A stretch of 64,000 nt of DNA from Octopus sinensis (taxonomy: Eukaryota): contig NC_042999.1 in NCBI RefSeq assembly GCF_006345805.1, positions 50,158,001-50,222,000 of the forward strand, written 5' to 3'. Below the pieces are notes generated by a model. The model searched no databases. It was not told the DNA's origin and was given only the letters and a program-made list of their open reading frames with translations. Below, one piece after another: positions 51,968 to 64,000 of the stretch. Position 1 is the first letter of the stretch. Every line of letters begins with the position of its first letter. A program made the position numbers and the translations under genes.

Positions 51968-52359
51968 CTAGCAGTATCGCCCAGCGTTGCTCAGGTTTGT
52001 TTCGGCCCTTTAGAATTGGAATTTTTGAAAATTAAAAATTTTACATTATGTAGCTTGTTATTCTCTTTAAGTGAACATTTTTCTGATTGAAATACACCAA
52101 AAAATGGTGACACAGCAGTCAAAAAATCGTAAAAAATAGGGATTTTCATAGAAAAAAAGCACCTTTTTGATGTAAATAATTTTTGGTGTTAACATGGTCC
52201 GATTTGAATTTTATCTGCTACAGAATGAAGAGCAAGCCTTCTTCTATCATACTTTCAATTTTGGTCAACTTGCGCCACAGGGTCTCAGAGGAGATAGTGT
52301 TAGTTGAAGGCTACCAAACCTGCCATACACAGACAACTTCAACTTTATATATAGAGAGA
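51968..52359 (-). mobile_element. Non-autonomous Helitron
   Basis: Minus strand A|TCTCTCTATATATAAAG ... AAACCTGAGCAACGCTGGGCGATACTGCTAG|T; same 3' end as 21873-22389. Confidence 0.82.
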
Positions 52360-52494
52360 TTTTTCCAAAGTTGTTAAGAATGTACCAGGAAAAGTCCCAG
52401 AATTCACTGTTGATTTAATTGGTTCCTCCCAACATACAAATTTATTGTAGCTTTCAGTTTATGCTAGAAATAAATATTCTATAAACATATTATA

Positions 52495-52925
52495 GGTGCA
52501 GGCATGGCATTGTGGTAAGAAGCTTGCTTCCCAACCACATCGTTCTGGTTTCAGTCCCGCTGCATGGTACCTTGAGTAAGTGTCTTCTACTATAGCCTGA
52601 GCAGGCCAACCAAAGCCTTGTGAGTGGATTTGGTAGATGGGAAACTAAGAGAAACCTATCATATATATGTGTGTATATGTGTGTGTATATGTGTGTGCAT
52701 GTGTGTGTGTGCACATGCATGCATCAGTGTTTGTAACCCACAACTGTTTGATAATTGGTTTTGGTGTGTCTATGTCAATATAACCTAGTGGTTTGACAAA
52801 AGGGATCAAGAGATTAAATGCCAAGCCTAAAAAATAAAAGTACTTGAGTCAATTCATTAGACTAAAATTCTTCAAAGTGGTACCCCAGCATGGCCACAGG
52901 TCTGATCGCTAAAACAAGTGAAAGA
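52495..52925 (+). mobile_element. Family A SINE, older copy
   Basis: Diverged but complete block order. Confidence 0.85.
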
Positions 52926-52956
52926 ATAAGAATACTACTAAATGAAATACTTTCAG

Positions 52957-53193
52957 ATAAGGCGGAGAGCTGGCAGAAACATTAGCACGCCGGGCAAAAT
53001 GCGTGGCCGTATTTCGTCTGCTGTTACATCCTGAGTTCAAATTCCGCTGAGATCAACTTTGCTTTTCATCCCTTCAGGGTCGATAAATTAAGTACCAGTT
53101 ACACACTGGGGTCGATGTAATCAACTTAATCCGCTTGTCTGTCCTTGTTTGTCCCCTCTGTGTTTAGCCCCTTGTGGGTAGTAAAGAAATAGA
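52957..53193 (+). mobile_element. Family B SINE
   Basis: ATAAGGCGGAGAGCTGGCAGAAAC head to GTAGTAAAGAAATAG tail. Confidence 0.92.
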
Positions 53194-53684
53194 AATACTT
53201 GGTTTCAGATCAGATTCTTTGTGTAACTTACAGTAAGAATTTACAAAGATTCCAAACATACATTTAGTATCATGTATGTCACGATTTAGCTTCACTAGTT
53301 GTACATTTGTGTCTTTATCCAATAACACAATGAAGAACAAACAAAGGAACTCTCAGACAGTGTTTTACGATTCCCTCAGTTATTACCTGAGATGAACTTT
53401 CAGAAAAAGTTCTACTACAAGAAGTTGTCATTTTGCTTCTACTTTTAAGAAAATTTATGAGTCAAATGTTCAAAATTTCTGATATACAACAGCTTCCAAA
53501 AAATGTAAATTTTCATGGCCAACATTGTCAAAGGCATTTTGTAAAATATAGCTATCTGTGGTAAACCCTTTTTATAACTGAGGAGATGGCAAAGGACCAA
53601 AATATCTGATGCCTTGCTGCACTCAATAAAACCCATCGTCCATGGCAGAATTGTTAATGCCATTCTCTCTGCAAGAGCCCTGTA

Positions 53685-54153
53685 CTAGTGCCTGTAAAAA
53701 AGTGCCTGTGCTGGCACCATGTAAACAGCTTCTTTGGTGGTACCACGTAATAGCACCTGTGCTGGTGCCACATTAAAGTACCCATGAAGGTATCACCTAA
53801 AAGAAGCACCCAGCACACTCTGTAAAGTGGTTGGCTTTAAGAATCAAGCCAAATCAGACTGGAACCTGGGGCAACTCTCCTGCTCTGGTCAAACTGTCCA
53901 ATGCATGCCAGCATGGAAAATGGACATTAAATGATGATGATCTGACTGGCCCCATGCCAGTGGCACATAAAAAGCACCCACTACACTCTCGGAGTGGTTG
54001 GCGTTAGGAAGGGCATCCAGCTGTAGAAACTCTGCCAGATCAAGATTGGAGCCTGGTGCAGCCATCTGGTTCGCCAGCCCTCAATCAAAATCGTCCAACC
54101 CATGCTAGCATGGAAAGCAGATGTTAAACGATGATGATGATCATCATCATCAT
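53685..54153 (+). mobile_element. Two tandem family E elements, each ending in (GAT)n
   Basis: CATTAAATGATGATGAT at ~53925-53941 and GTTAAACGATGATGATG at ~54123-54140. Confidence 0.72.
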
Positions 54154-54657
54154 GCTTAATGCTTACTAAATAATATTAGTTGTTTTTTGGGGTTTTTTTT
54201 AGTCAATGAAATTAAGTACCAGTAAAGTATTGGGGATCAACTTAATTGACTATATCCTTCTCTTTAGATAGCTTCTTCTATATACTATATACAGTATCAA
54301 ACACCCACTGGAGAAATTTGCTTTGCTGAACATTACTGGAAAAGTAAGGAGGAGCTGGTTAGTGATACCTTTTCTTGGACACATCGACAGAGCCTAAATC
54401 ATACTGATCACTTTGCAAGGACATATATCAGTTAGTTGAGGAATGACATTGGACATCACCAATAAAGTACTGTTATATATATCAAGGAAGACAGAGATAA
54501 GTGGCGGTTCACGGATGTATGAATGTCAGCAAGCTAGTACCGCCCACCATTGACATTTATGATAACAACGACTACGACAACAATGACGACAACAACAACG
54601 ACAATGATGAGAGTACCTCCTCTTAAATTTATGGTTATGTACTACTATCGCTGAAGT

Positions 54658-55072
54658 AGGCATAGGAGTGGCTGTGTGGTAAATAGCTTGTTTATGAACC
54701 ACATGGTTCCAGGTTCAGTCCCATGCGTGGCACCTTGGGCAAGTGTCTTCTACTATAGCCTCAGGCTGACCAAAGCCTCGTGAGTGGATTTGGTAGATGG
54801 AAACTGAAAGAAGCCCATCGTGTGTATATGCATATATATATATGTATGTATGTGTATATGTTTGTGTGGCTGTGTTTGTCCCCCCAATATCGCTTGACAA
54901 CTGATGGCGGTGTGTTTGCCCCCCACCCCTTGGTAACTTAGCGGTTCGGCAAAAGAGACTGATAGAATAAGTACAAGGCTTACAAAGAATAAGTCCTGGG
55001 GTCGAATTGCTCGACTAAAGGCGGTGCTCTAGCATGGCCACAGTCAGATGACTGAAACAAGTAAAAGAGTAA
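54658..55072 (+). mobile_element. Family A SINE
   Basis: All family blocks present. Confidence 0.93.
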
Positions 55073-56512
55073 GTAGTCCTTTTTTTTTTTGTGGTTTCAT
55101 TCATCCTGTATGTAAACTTTACTGTAAATTGTCATAGATTCCTACCACTAGATTTTGTATTCTCTTCTTCATTGTATTCCTGTAATGGATGTATATATGT
55201 TTATTCTACAACTGGTATACTTGATTGTTGTAATCATTGGTTATTTTGAGATATTCCAGTGTCTTAGAGCATCTAACATTCAGATAGTTATGAGTTGTTT
55301 TAAGAACATTAATAAAGCTGAACTTTTACGACAACAGAAAGGGAGCTGCTGAGAGATGGAAGTCATGTGGTTCTGAAATAGACTTTGCCTCGAGATTATT
55401 TATTGAATCAGCTGCCTCACATTCTATATATAACAGAAACAACATTGCAAATTATACATGACATAAACTTTGAAAGCTGTACATATATCCCCTAAACAAA
55501 ATATAAGATGTTTTTTCTGAATCCAGTGGAGTTTAAAAGAAATATCACTATTTAAAAAACCATAGTAGTTCAGGAATGGTTGCATGGTTGAGAAGTTTGC
55601 TTTAGAATCGTGTGATTTAGGATTTGAGTGTTCCCATTCATAGCACTAATAAATATTAGCGACAGAGGCTGTATTATTACCTAGAGATAGTATTTACTTT
55701 CACTATAGGTAGAAGGGCTCCGAAAGGGGTCTCAGGGAGTAGCATCCTTGCCTTCCTGAGCTAGTTTTCCACCACATTTCTTAAAAATCGTGGTAGAGGC
55801 TTTGGCCTCGAGACCACTCACATCTAGAAACTGAGTTTGGGGGTAAGCAAGGGCATGCTCCCCGTAGTCAATCCAGCTCCACAAAAAAGCCTCATGATAG
55901 CAAAGAAGAATGGGCACCAGCCAACCCAAAGGTTGGGGTGGCCTACACCTGCCTACTTTGGTTGCTATGGCATTGAGGTAGATCTGGCCACCCCTTTAAC
56001 AGGGACAAAACCTGAATTTAAAACACAGGAAGCACACACACACACACACACACATTTAAATGTGGATGTTCTATTAGAACTAACTTTACAGCAGTAGATA
56101 GCATGAGAGAAACTCTCATATAGGCTTTTGTTGAAGAATGCATGCTTGTTTGTTTATTCTGCACCAAAAGCCTATAGGACTGGTTCCCTCATGGTATCTA
56201 CTGCAGTAACATTTATGCTCACAGAACATTCATGTTTGTGGGAATAAATAATACCACTCAGTATTAAAATTACTTTAGTTGCTAATATATATATTTTTAA
56301 TTAGCTAACTAGTTAATCACAACCCCAGTGTCTGTTCAGGCATGGATTTTCAGTATATTACTAGCAGAGAGATGGGTCGCTGCTATTTCTAGCAGTTGAG
56401 CATCCATCACCAATGAGATCAAGGAAGATCAAAATCACATGATCTGATGGTCTTGGTGCTGGAGTTGATGTGGATTTATCTCCCCACTGGTGATATAAAC
56501 AAACAAGCATAT

Positions 56513-56741
56513 AGAGGTGGTGAGCTGACAGAAACGTTAACGAGCAAAATGATTAGCGGTATTTCATCTGCCATTATGTTCTGAGTTCAAATTCCACCAA
56601 GGTCAACTTTGCCTTTCATCCTTTCGGGGTCGATAAATTAAGTACCAGTTACGCACTGGGGTCAATGTAATCGACTTAATCCCTTTGTCTGTCCTTGTTT
56701 GTCCCCTCTATATTTAGCCCCTTGTGGGCAATAAAGAAATA
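56513..56741 (+). mobile_element. Family B SINE
   Basis: Near-consensus core and tail. Confidence 0.9.
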
Positions 56742-57146
56742 ATAAACAAACAAGTGTGTATTCTGCACCTAAAGCCAATATGAGAGTCTCTCTCATGGTA
56801 TCAACTGCAGTATAGCTTGTTCTAACAGAGCATCCACAGTTAAGTGGGAACAAATACATAGCACTGTCAGCTGAGGTTTCTACGATGGCTGCAATCTAAT
56901 CAATACCTTGTGAGTAAACTGGTAAAAGAAAATTATAAGAACCCCACTGTATATGCATGTATTTCGGCATGTGTGTGTATGTATGTGTGCATGAAAGAGA
57001 GCGAGAAATGGGAGAGAGCGTGTGATTGTCTTCCTCTTCCTTTGACATTTGCATACTGATCAAAAGTTGTTACTGTTCATACAAATAGCATTGTTATTTG
57101 CAATTTTGTCAGTGAAAACATGTCCAGCCATTCAGGTGTTCATTGC

Positions 57147-57375
57147 TTAACCCTTTTGTTACTGTATTAATTTTGAGATGCTCTGTGTTTGTTTCAATTA
57201 CTTTAAATATAACAAAGAATTTAGTAAAATAACTTATTTTATCTTTCAGCCAGTGTTAGGAACATAAATTGTGACTAAGGTTTGGTGGAAGATTTTAATT
57301 CAAAGTTTATGAAAACAAGACATTTGTACTCAGAGCCAGAGCTGGTTTCAGCCAGGTTGGTAACAAAATGGTTAA
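57147..57375. mobile_element. piggyBac-type MITE (TTAA-flanked)
   Basis: TTAA-CCCTTTTGTTAC ... GTAACAAAATGG-TTAA; same family as 29140-29367 in opposite orientation. Confidence 0.82.
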
Positions 57376-58378
57376 AGAATTGTGAAAAAACAGTTGCTGG
57401 TTTTTGATGGGGGGACTACCTAGCTAAAATGTATCTTAGCAAGCTTTATCTGACTCTTGCAAACATTGACAAAGTGGGTGTTAAACAACAATGATGGTTT
57501 ATAATGATAGAAGTGATATTAGTAGTAATGGTGGTGTGATGATGATGATGGTATACAACAACGATGATGATGACAATGACAACTGATGATACTGATAATG
57601 ATTTAGTCCAAATGGCTTTCTTCTGCCCAATCAATTCTCAATCAGAATATAGGGAAGATGAAATGCTAAGATTTGGAAATCAGATTTTTTCTGTAGCATT
57701 CATCTCAACTTGTGAGATATATAAACACTACGAAGAATTAATAAAGAAATCTATATCAATTCCAGTGTCTTAAATCCTATGTGGCAGCAAAGGAACCGTA
57801 AAGAGATCATTTTGAAATCGACCAACAGAAGACTTCAAACCAGAATTTATAGAATGGATGCGCTGCCTGGAGCATGGACATCTGAAACTGTCACCAATTA
57901 CTGACATTAAACAGTTTATAAATAATAGAAGAAAGGAGCAACCAGGATTAGGTCTGTTGTGGTGAGGAAGGTGAGAAGAAGCAATAAATAAACTCACTCA
58001 AAATAATGAGCAAGGGTTCTTCCCTCCTCATGGCATATTTACTTATAGAACTCTTCTACAAGCACATCTATGAACAAATTGTTGCTGACTCAGGCCATCA
58101 TTATTTTACCTAAATTCTGGACTTTACCCAGTTAATAATAAACATAGTCTTCATATCAGAATAGTGAGGGTGGTGAGGAGCAGGACTAATTTCCAATGAA
58201 AATGGTTTATATTGAAATTCAGAATAGCTTTCAGTACAAGGAAGGATTTTTTCTTTTTTATTTTCCTTTTTTTTTTTTTTTTGTGAAAGAGTTCTTGGTT
58301 CAATTCCAGTAAAGTTATTCCTAAAAGGGTTCCTAATCAGCAACAGCTAATATCAGTAGAAGGAGGAAAGGAGTAAGA

Positions 58379-58620
58379 GTGATAGAAACAGCAAGACAAC
58401 TACAAACCAACAGTCACCTACTTTGTTTTGTGACTTCTATCATCTATTCATTGAATTGTCAGTGTGACATCACATATATTGGTTCTGTTAAGAAAAATCC
58501 TCTCCAGGTATTAAAACATGACTTCAAACAGAGCTTCCATGCCAACCAAGTGCATTCTTTTTCAAAAGAGATTTACCGAAAGTAAGCAACTGATACTATG
58601 ATGAATGTCTAGATCCCAGC
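58379..58620 (+). mobile_element. Possible Penelope GIY-YIG endonuclease fossil
   Basis: SIIYSLNCQCDITYIGSVKKN resembles the PLE motif VIYxFxCxCxxxYIGxT; nothing else convincing nearby. Confidence 0.45.
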
Positions 58621-59454
58621 AGTTGTATTTCTTAAAGAAACAGGAAACAAACTTAAAGAACAGAGAATACTGGATTCATGAAGATAAATGTTCATCTCAG
58701 TAGGTAAACTAGAATAAAAGACATTGTATCTAGATTCCGCCAATTAGCAAATAAAAACATTCTATCTAATGACAAAAATTCCATATAAACATCAATAGGA
58801 ATTAAATACTGAATGTGTTTATAGTGTAACAAATCTTTTATTAGTTATATGTTCTTGTATTGCTTGTTTTATACTTAGCTTGCAATGGAGGAAGAAGAAA
58901 TCCTTATGGTCTGTGGATGCCCTCTAAAACCAATGGGATTGCAACTGTTAATGTCTGGTGTGCTGTTGCAAAGATTTGGACCAGGTATCCAGTCTAAGGA
59001 TAACTTCCTCTCTTCCTCTTACCAGCCCTAGATGTCCTGGAAAAGGACATGAGTGCCATTTTTCTTCTGCTGGCTAAACCATTAAAAAAATCATTACACT
59101 TTAATCATCAATGCTTTTTAATATCTGGCCCAGAGTCATATTGCCTGTTCTCTGTCTTTGCAAAGGTTATTACAATGGCCCCTGTTCCTCAGAACTAGAT
59201 AACTGCATATCACTTCTATCCAAGTTCACTTGTTATACCACATCATGCCCTGGTACTTCTGGCTCCATATTAGCCACTTAATTGGTCCTATTATTCAGAA
59301 TCATCCACTGGAATTCCTTTCCTGACCATCCTTTTTCCCACAGATTTTTTTATGCGGAACATCAGCAACATCAATCTCACAAATCTTAGAAGATTCATGA
59401 AGGTCACATGTGCACTATCTTTCTCCCAACTTTTTCTTCTTCTGCCTTTAACCC

Positions 59455-59822
59455 TCCAACGCTGAGTATAGGCCACTTATAATTGAATTCCATGTCGCAT
59501 AATTTTTCGCTTCTGTACTTATACTCTGCCATGAATGCCTCCCTTTCTCTAGTTCCTTTTGTGTTGATCTCCGCCACAAGTTCTTAGGCCTATCTTTCTT
59601 TCTATATCCATCCGGATTCCAATGTAAAGCACTTTTCGCTACATTTGGTATGTCTTTTCTAATTGTGCTACCAATCCACTTCCACTTATTCTTAAATATT
59701 TGCTCCTTAATCAAAACTTGATTTGTTCTTTGCCATAGATCCATATTGCTTATGTGTTCAGGCCATCTAATTTTTAGTATACTACGCAAGCATCTGTTGA
59801 TGAATGATTGTATTCTCCCAAC
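59455..59822 (-). mobile_element. 5'-truncated RTE-clade LINE 3' end
   Basis: RIQSFINRCLRSILKIRWPEHISNMDLWQRTNQ..KWKWIG..RK..VAKSALHWNPDGYRKKDRPKNLWRR matches the RTE C-terminus (WxWIGH, WNPxGxRxxGRP). Confidence 0.9.
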
Positions 59823-60066
59823 TGACCAACCCAAAATAAACAAACAAATAAGTACATAAATAAATAAGTAAATAAATAAATAAATAAATAGAAAAGTGAT
59901 TTCAAAAAGTCTATTTCATTTTGTTTTCATTATTCCTGAAGTCAAGCTTTTAAAGTCTCTGCTACGCTAAAGAAAGAGAAAAATCTTTCAAAGTTAAGTA
60001 GGTACATTTACAGGTTGTGGCATGTTATATAAAAGCATAATTACTTATTAAAAAAAAAAAAAACGT

Positions 60067-60365
60067 CACCCTTTTCAAGCCTAGCCAGGATCCTGGGCCT
60101 GGTTTCCTGGTTTCTGTGGCGTATGTGTTCCCACCAGCTGGATGGGATGCCAGTCCATTGCAACGTTACTCAAGAAACAGGAAGAGTGAAAGAAGGTTGC
60201 GGTGAAAGAGTACAACAAAGGTCGCCACCACCCCCTGCCGGAGCCTCATGGAGCTTTTAGGTGTATTCGCTCAATAAACACACACATAACACCCGGTCTG
60301 GGAATCGAAACCACGATCCTCCGATCGCGAGTCCATTGCCCAAACCACTGGACCATTGTACCTCC
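60067..60365 (-). mobile_element. Family C (V-like) SINE
   Basis: Reverse complement of 50401-50702. Confidence 0.9.
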
Positions 60366-60521
60366 ACATAATTACTTACTAGTGAAATTTAAATGACTGA
60401 ATAAAACTTCATACCTATATTTGGAGTATATGCTCCTTAATTTCATTTTGTAGGGATTGTATATAATCTTTGCATAAAATTTGTTACTTTTAAATGAATA
60501 GAAAAAAGCCATAGGTGTATA

Positions 60522-60900
60522 TCTTTATATATAAAAGTGAGGTTGTGTGCTGTCTGTCTCCTATGATTTTGATTCCTAACTACTCCCACATTTTGCGGTG
60601 CAGTTTAACCAAAACCGGGTATCTTATAGTCGTGATTCATATCGAGCCCTTTTGGGTATTAGCGTGCGTCTACGATGAGTCTACGATTTAAAAAAAAATT
60701 TACCATCAATTTTTTCCATTTTTAATGCAATTTTGGCATATATAATAATTTATTATTAAATCTCAGAACGTAAAAAGCTACAGTAACACCCCACCTTTGT
60801 GGTTAGCCATATTGAGATGGCTATTATACTTTACATCTCTAAAAATGCTTATATAGTTATTTCCCTGACAAACCCGAGCAATGTCGGGCGATACTGCTAG
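60522..60900 (+). mobile_element. Non-autonomous Helitron, same family as 21873-22389
   Basis: A|TCTTTATATATAAAAG 5' end, shared first ~200 bp, and CCCGAGCAATGTCGGGCGATACTGCTAG|T 3' end. Confidence 0.85.
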
Positions 60901-61593
60901 TCTCATATATATCCTATATGTATATATCATTTTGGACATCAACCCTCCTGAAACAAACTCTTTTAATAACAAAACTTCTCATTTGAAGGGATTCAAATTT
61001 AGATTAAAACTTCCATTTTAATTTTATCTAATAAGCCTTAATAATGAAAATACCAGCTACTTTACTCAATATTCCAAATTCTTGATTATTTTCAAAATTA
61101 TTTAAAACACGTAGGCAGTGTATTTCATTAGGAATATGGTCACCGAAGGATTAAGTAGACACCTTTAATTAGATATTATTCAATACTGTATAATGAGAAA
61201 AATCTAGACTTAACTTTCAGACAAACATAAAGTTAATTATGTCATGATGAGGAAAAACTAATTATATCAATGTAAAACATGAGATATTCGCAGGATATTA
61301 TCATCAATGGATAATTAGCTTTTACATTGTTAAACAGATGAATATAAAGTTGCTTCATTGGACAGTTACCAGGTACAAATAGCAAGTAATTAAGAGATGC
61401 TGAACTAAAATTCCAGCATGTGAATGCTTGTGTAAAAACCTATGGAAGCTTCGGTGCCAGTAACTACTGCTTTGTAGAATTCCTTGCTATCTATTGTCAA
61501 CAACAATGACACAATCTTTGAACAAATCTGACAAGTTTGGTGCATCTCAAATCTAAAAGATTCCACCATATATTTCAGCTATATATATATATA

Positions 61594-62063
61594 CTAGTGG
61601 CTAAGCCTGTTTTCACCTGGTCGGTTTGGATGATGTGGCTGTAAAACCTGCTCTGTGTAAGCATTCGACTTGTTTGGGAATGCTTACATTAAAAAACAAT
61701 TTTAGAATGACTTTTTTCGGTCAAAATGCTAAAAATAACTGACCAACAAAAAAAAAAACCAACCAAGACTAAACCAAATCAAAAAATAAACCCAAATACT
61801 AAGTGTACAAAGATAAACCATCCCACTTCCATTGCACGTGCACAGGCACACACACACACATGCATACACACACACATTCACATACCCCCCTTTTATATAC
61901 ATACACATATATTCACACAGAGTTGAAATGCTGTTTGATTTATTTTTTCAGCGTACAATTTTCATCATCCCATTACCAAGTATGACATCACCCCTTTTCT
62001 TCCTTATTCATCTATCACCCCTTCCTTTCTCATTCATAAACACAAGAGTATTATTATAGTAGA
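61594..62063 (-). mobile_element. Probable Helitron of a different family
   Basis: Minus strand A|TCTACTATAATAATA 5' end and CTAG|T 3' end; subterminal hairpin degenerate. Confidence 0.45.
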
Positions 62064-62925
62064 TTATCTCTGAAATGAGTAAAAGAGATATATTATTCTT
62101 TTACATATCTTATGAAACTAGTGGGATTGCAAGCAGGAAACTTTTTCAGACAACAGAATGCACTTTGATAAAGACACTAAATAACCAGAAAGATGTTAAA
62201 TTTGAGAATAAGAATAGTTTCTCTGCTGGTCTTCCTCACAATTTGTTTTTAGAAAATTTCATGCCTAAGTCTTTGATCAGTTACTTAGATTAGAAATAGG
62301 AACAACATAGGTTTCTAACAATTTAAATAGCTTCTTCATGTTAAAAGGCTATTAATCTCCTAATGATTTTAATTATTTACTTCCAAAGTATTTTGCTAGG
62401 AAACTGAATGACAATCAATTATAAAATTGAAGCTAATAAATACATTTTCTTTTATTAAATAGATATCAGCTTAAACAATTATAGACAACTAGCGGAGTCA
62501 AAGGAATTTCCTTGCCACATGTAGCTTGTTCAGAAAGACACATAAAAAAACAAAACAAACAAACACATGTGAAGTGCCTAAAGAGCTGTAGAACTTAATA
62601 GCTAGTAACAGAAAATGTATCAATTAAATGTGTGATACATAGTGATGTATATTGATTCAGTAGTTAGAAAAACACTCTTTAAAATGACTAATTGGACAGC
62701 AAACAGAAAAATACAATAGTAAATCAATTATAAGTCACATTCTATTTTCAAATTTATCTAACAAGCTTGTTATAAGAAGCTGGTTCTAAGTTATCATTTC
62801 ATATAAAATCTGATATTTCACTTGTGTTTCAGGTTTCACAATAATCTCTTTGGTGTGGTTTTTCTTTTTCTAAATAAAATATGACAAAAGAATGAATAAT
62901 TTTTTTAATGCTAATTTCTGATAGT

Positions 62926-63335
62926 CTCTTTTACTTGTTTCAGTCATTTCACTGTGGCCCATGCTGGAGCACCACCTTTTAGTCGAGCAAATCGACCCCA
63001 GGACTTATTCTTTGTAAGCCTAGTACTTATTCTATCGGTCTCTTTTGCCGAACCGCTAAGTTACGGGGACGCAAACACACCAGCATCGGTTGTCAAGCGA
63101 TGTTGGGGGGACAAACACAGACACACAAACACATACACACACATACATACACATATATATACATATATATGACAGGCTTCTTTCAGTTTCCATCTACCAA
63201 ATTTACTCACAAGGCTTTGGTCGGCCCAAGTCTATAGTAGAAAACACTTGCCCAAGGTGCCATGCAGTGGGACTGAACCCAGAACCATGTGGTTCATAAG
63301 CAAGCTACTTACCACACAGCCACTCCTACGCCTAT
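62926..63335 (-). mobile_element. Family A SINE (an inverted tail fragment follows at ~63360-63460)
   Basis: Full-length reverse-complement match. Confidence 0.93.
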
Positions 63336-63719
63336 GTGAGCAAATTAAATTTTTTTTAGCAGTTTGGCAAATAAGTACTGGGGTCAATTAATTTGACTAA
63401 AAATTCTTCAAGACCCCAGCATGGCCACAGTCTAATGACTAAAACATGTAAAAGATAATAACTTGATATGAGGCACATTTCAAATTTAGTCAGTCACAGT
63501 CTGAACTTCTATAAGCTTATTGCGCTTCTCTATTAGTTTCATGAATGAGTGTTCAATCGTTCGGTAAACTGAATTTCTATACATGAAATTTATGTGTACG
63601 TGGTTGAGTGTTCCACAGACACATGTAATTTTCAGACGGAATCAGTGAGATATAATGTGTGAATGTGAGAGAGAAGAGAGAGATGCAGACAGAGAAAGAG
63701 AGAGAAAGTGTGAGTGAAG

Positions 63720-63872
63720 GAAGAGTACTGGACTAGTAATTTTATTGACTCCAAAGAGTACTGGACTGTAAAGAGTACTGGACTCCAAAGAGTACTGGAC
63801 TCCAAAGAGTACTGGACTCTAAAGAGTACTGGACTCCAAAGGGTACTGGACTCTAGAGAGTACTGAACTCCA
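63720..63872. repeat. 17-bp minisatellite AAAGAGTACTGGACTCC, about 7 units, inside a decayed family B-like SINE
   Basis: Units directly visible; flanked by TTTATTGACTCC and GGATTTGAACTCAGAATG from the SINE. Confidence 0.9.
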
Positions 63873-64000
63873 AGCTCATTGACTCCAAAAGAATGACTCC
63901 AAAAGTGACTTTGGGAGGATTTGAACTCAGAATGCAGAGAGCCTGAACAAGTATGATAAGGCATTCAAGCTGACGTTCTTACAACTGCCAAACCACCACC

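Noticed and set aside
53445-53663. ORF with FIECSKASD resembling the RT motif FxDxxKAFD
   Set aside because: Too short and degenerate to assign; at most an old LINE scrap.
776-63299. Dozens of ORFs rich in YI, CV, HT or YLSI, and the recurring peptide 'DGLLSVSVYQIHSQGFGRPEAIVEDTCPRCHAVGLNPEPCG'
   Set aside because: They are translations of dinucleotide or tetranucleotide microsatellites and of the family A SINE antisense strand, not a protein family.
63720-63872. Regularly spaced short direct repeats superficially like a CRISPR array
   Set aside because: Units are contiguous with no unique spacers, the context is eukaryotic, and there are no cas genes.

Overview
AT-rich, repeat-dominated eukaryotic DNA. 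The SINE families, microsatellites and LINE fossils point to a coleoid cephalopod, most likely Octopus; this is inferred from repeat content, not from a database search. I found only one convincing host exon: a 117-bp phase-2/phase-2 minus-strand exon at 47376-47492. It encodes the end of one WW domain and most of a second (HLSQVTSWIPPRDNWYPKNGLPYGWEEALDKNDKPYYI), so most of the window is probably large introns of a tandem-WW protein gene. The rest is layered mobile DNA: at least four tRNA-headed SINE families (CORE-like, Meta-like, V-like, and one with a Penelope-type tail), an RTE-related short retroposon, RTE, R4, Penelope and CR1-like LINE fossils, Tigger and POGK-like pogo transposase fossils, piggyBac-type and pogo-type MITEs, non-autonomous Helitrons and several hairpin elements. 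Structural highlights are a near-identical 3.39-kb tandem duplication (4046-10832), a spacer-less 218-bp palindrome (20749-20966), a foldback element with a TTAGGG-like core (48573-49198), a decayed hammerhead-ribozyme motif in a SINE tail (47709-47754), and a filled/empty SINE site pair. Most ORFs in the supplied track are microsatellite or SINE read-through artefacts. I saw no CRISPR array, intact tRNA or rRNA gene, or full-length autonomous element, and no clear new multi-gene system.
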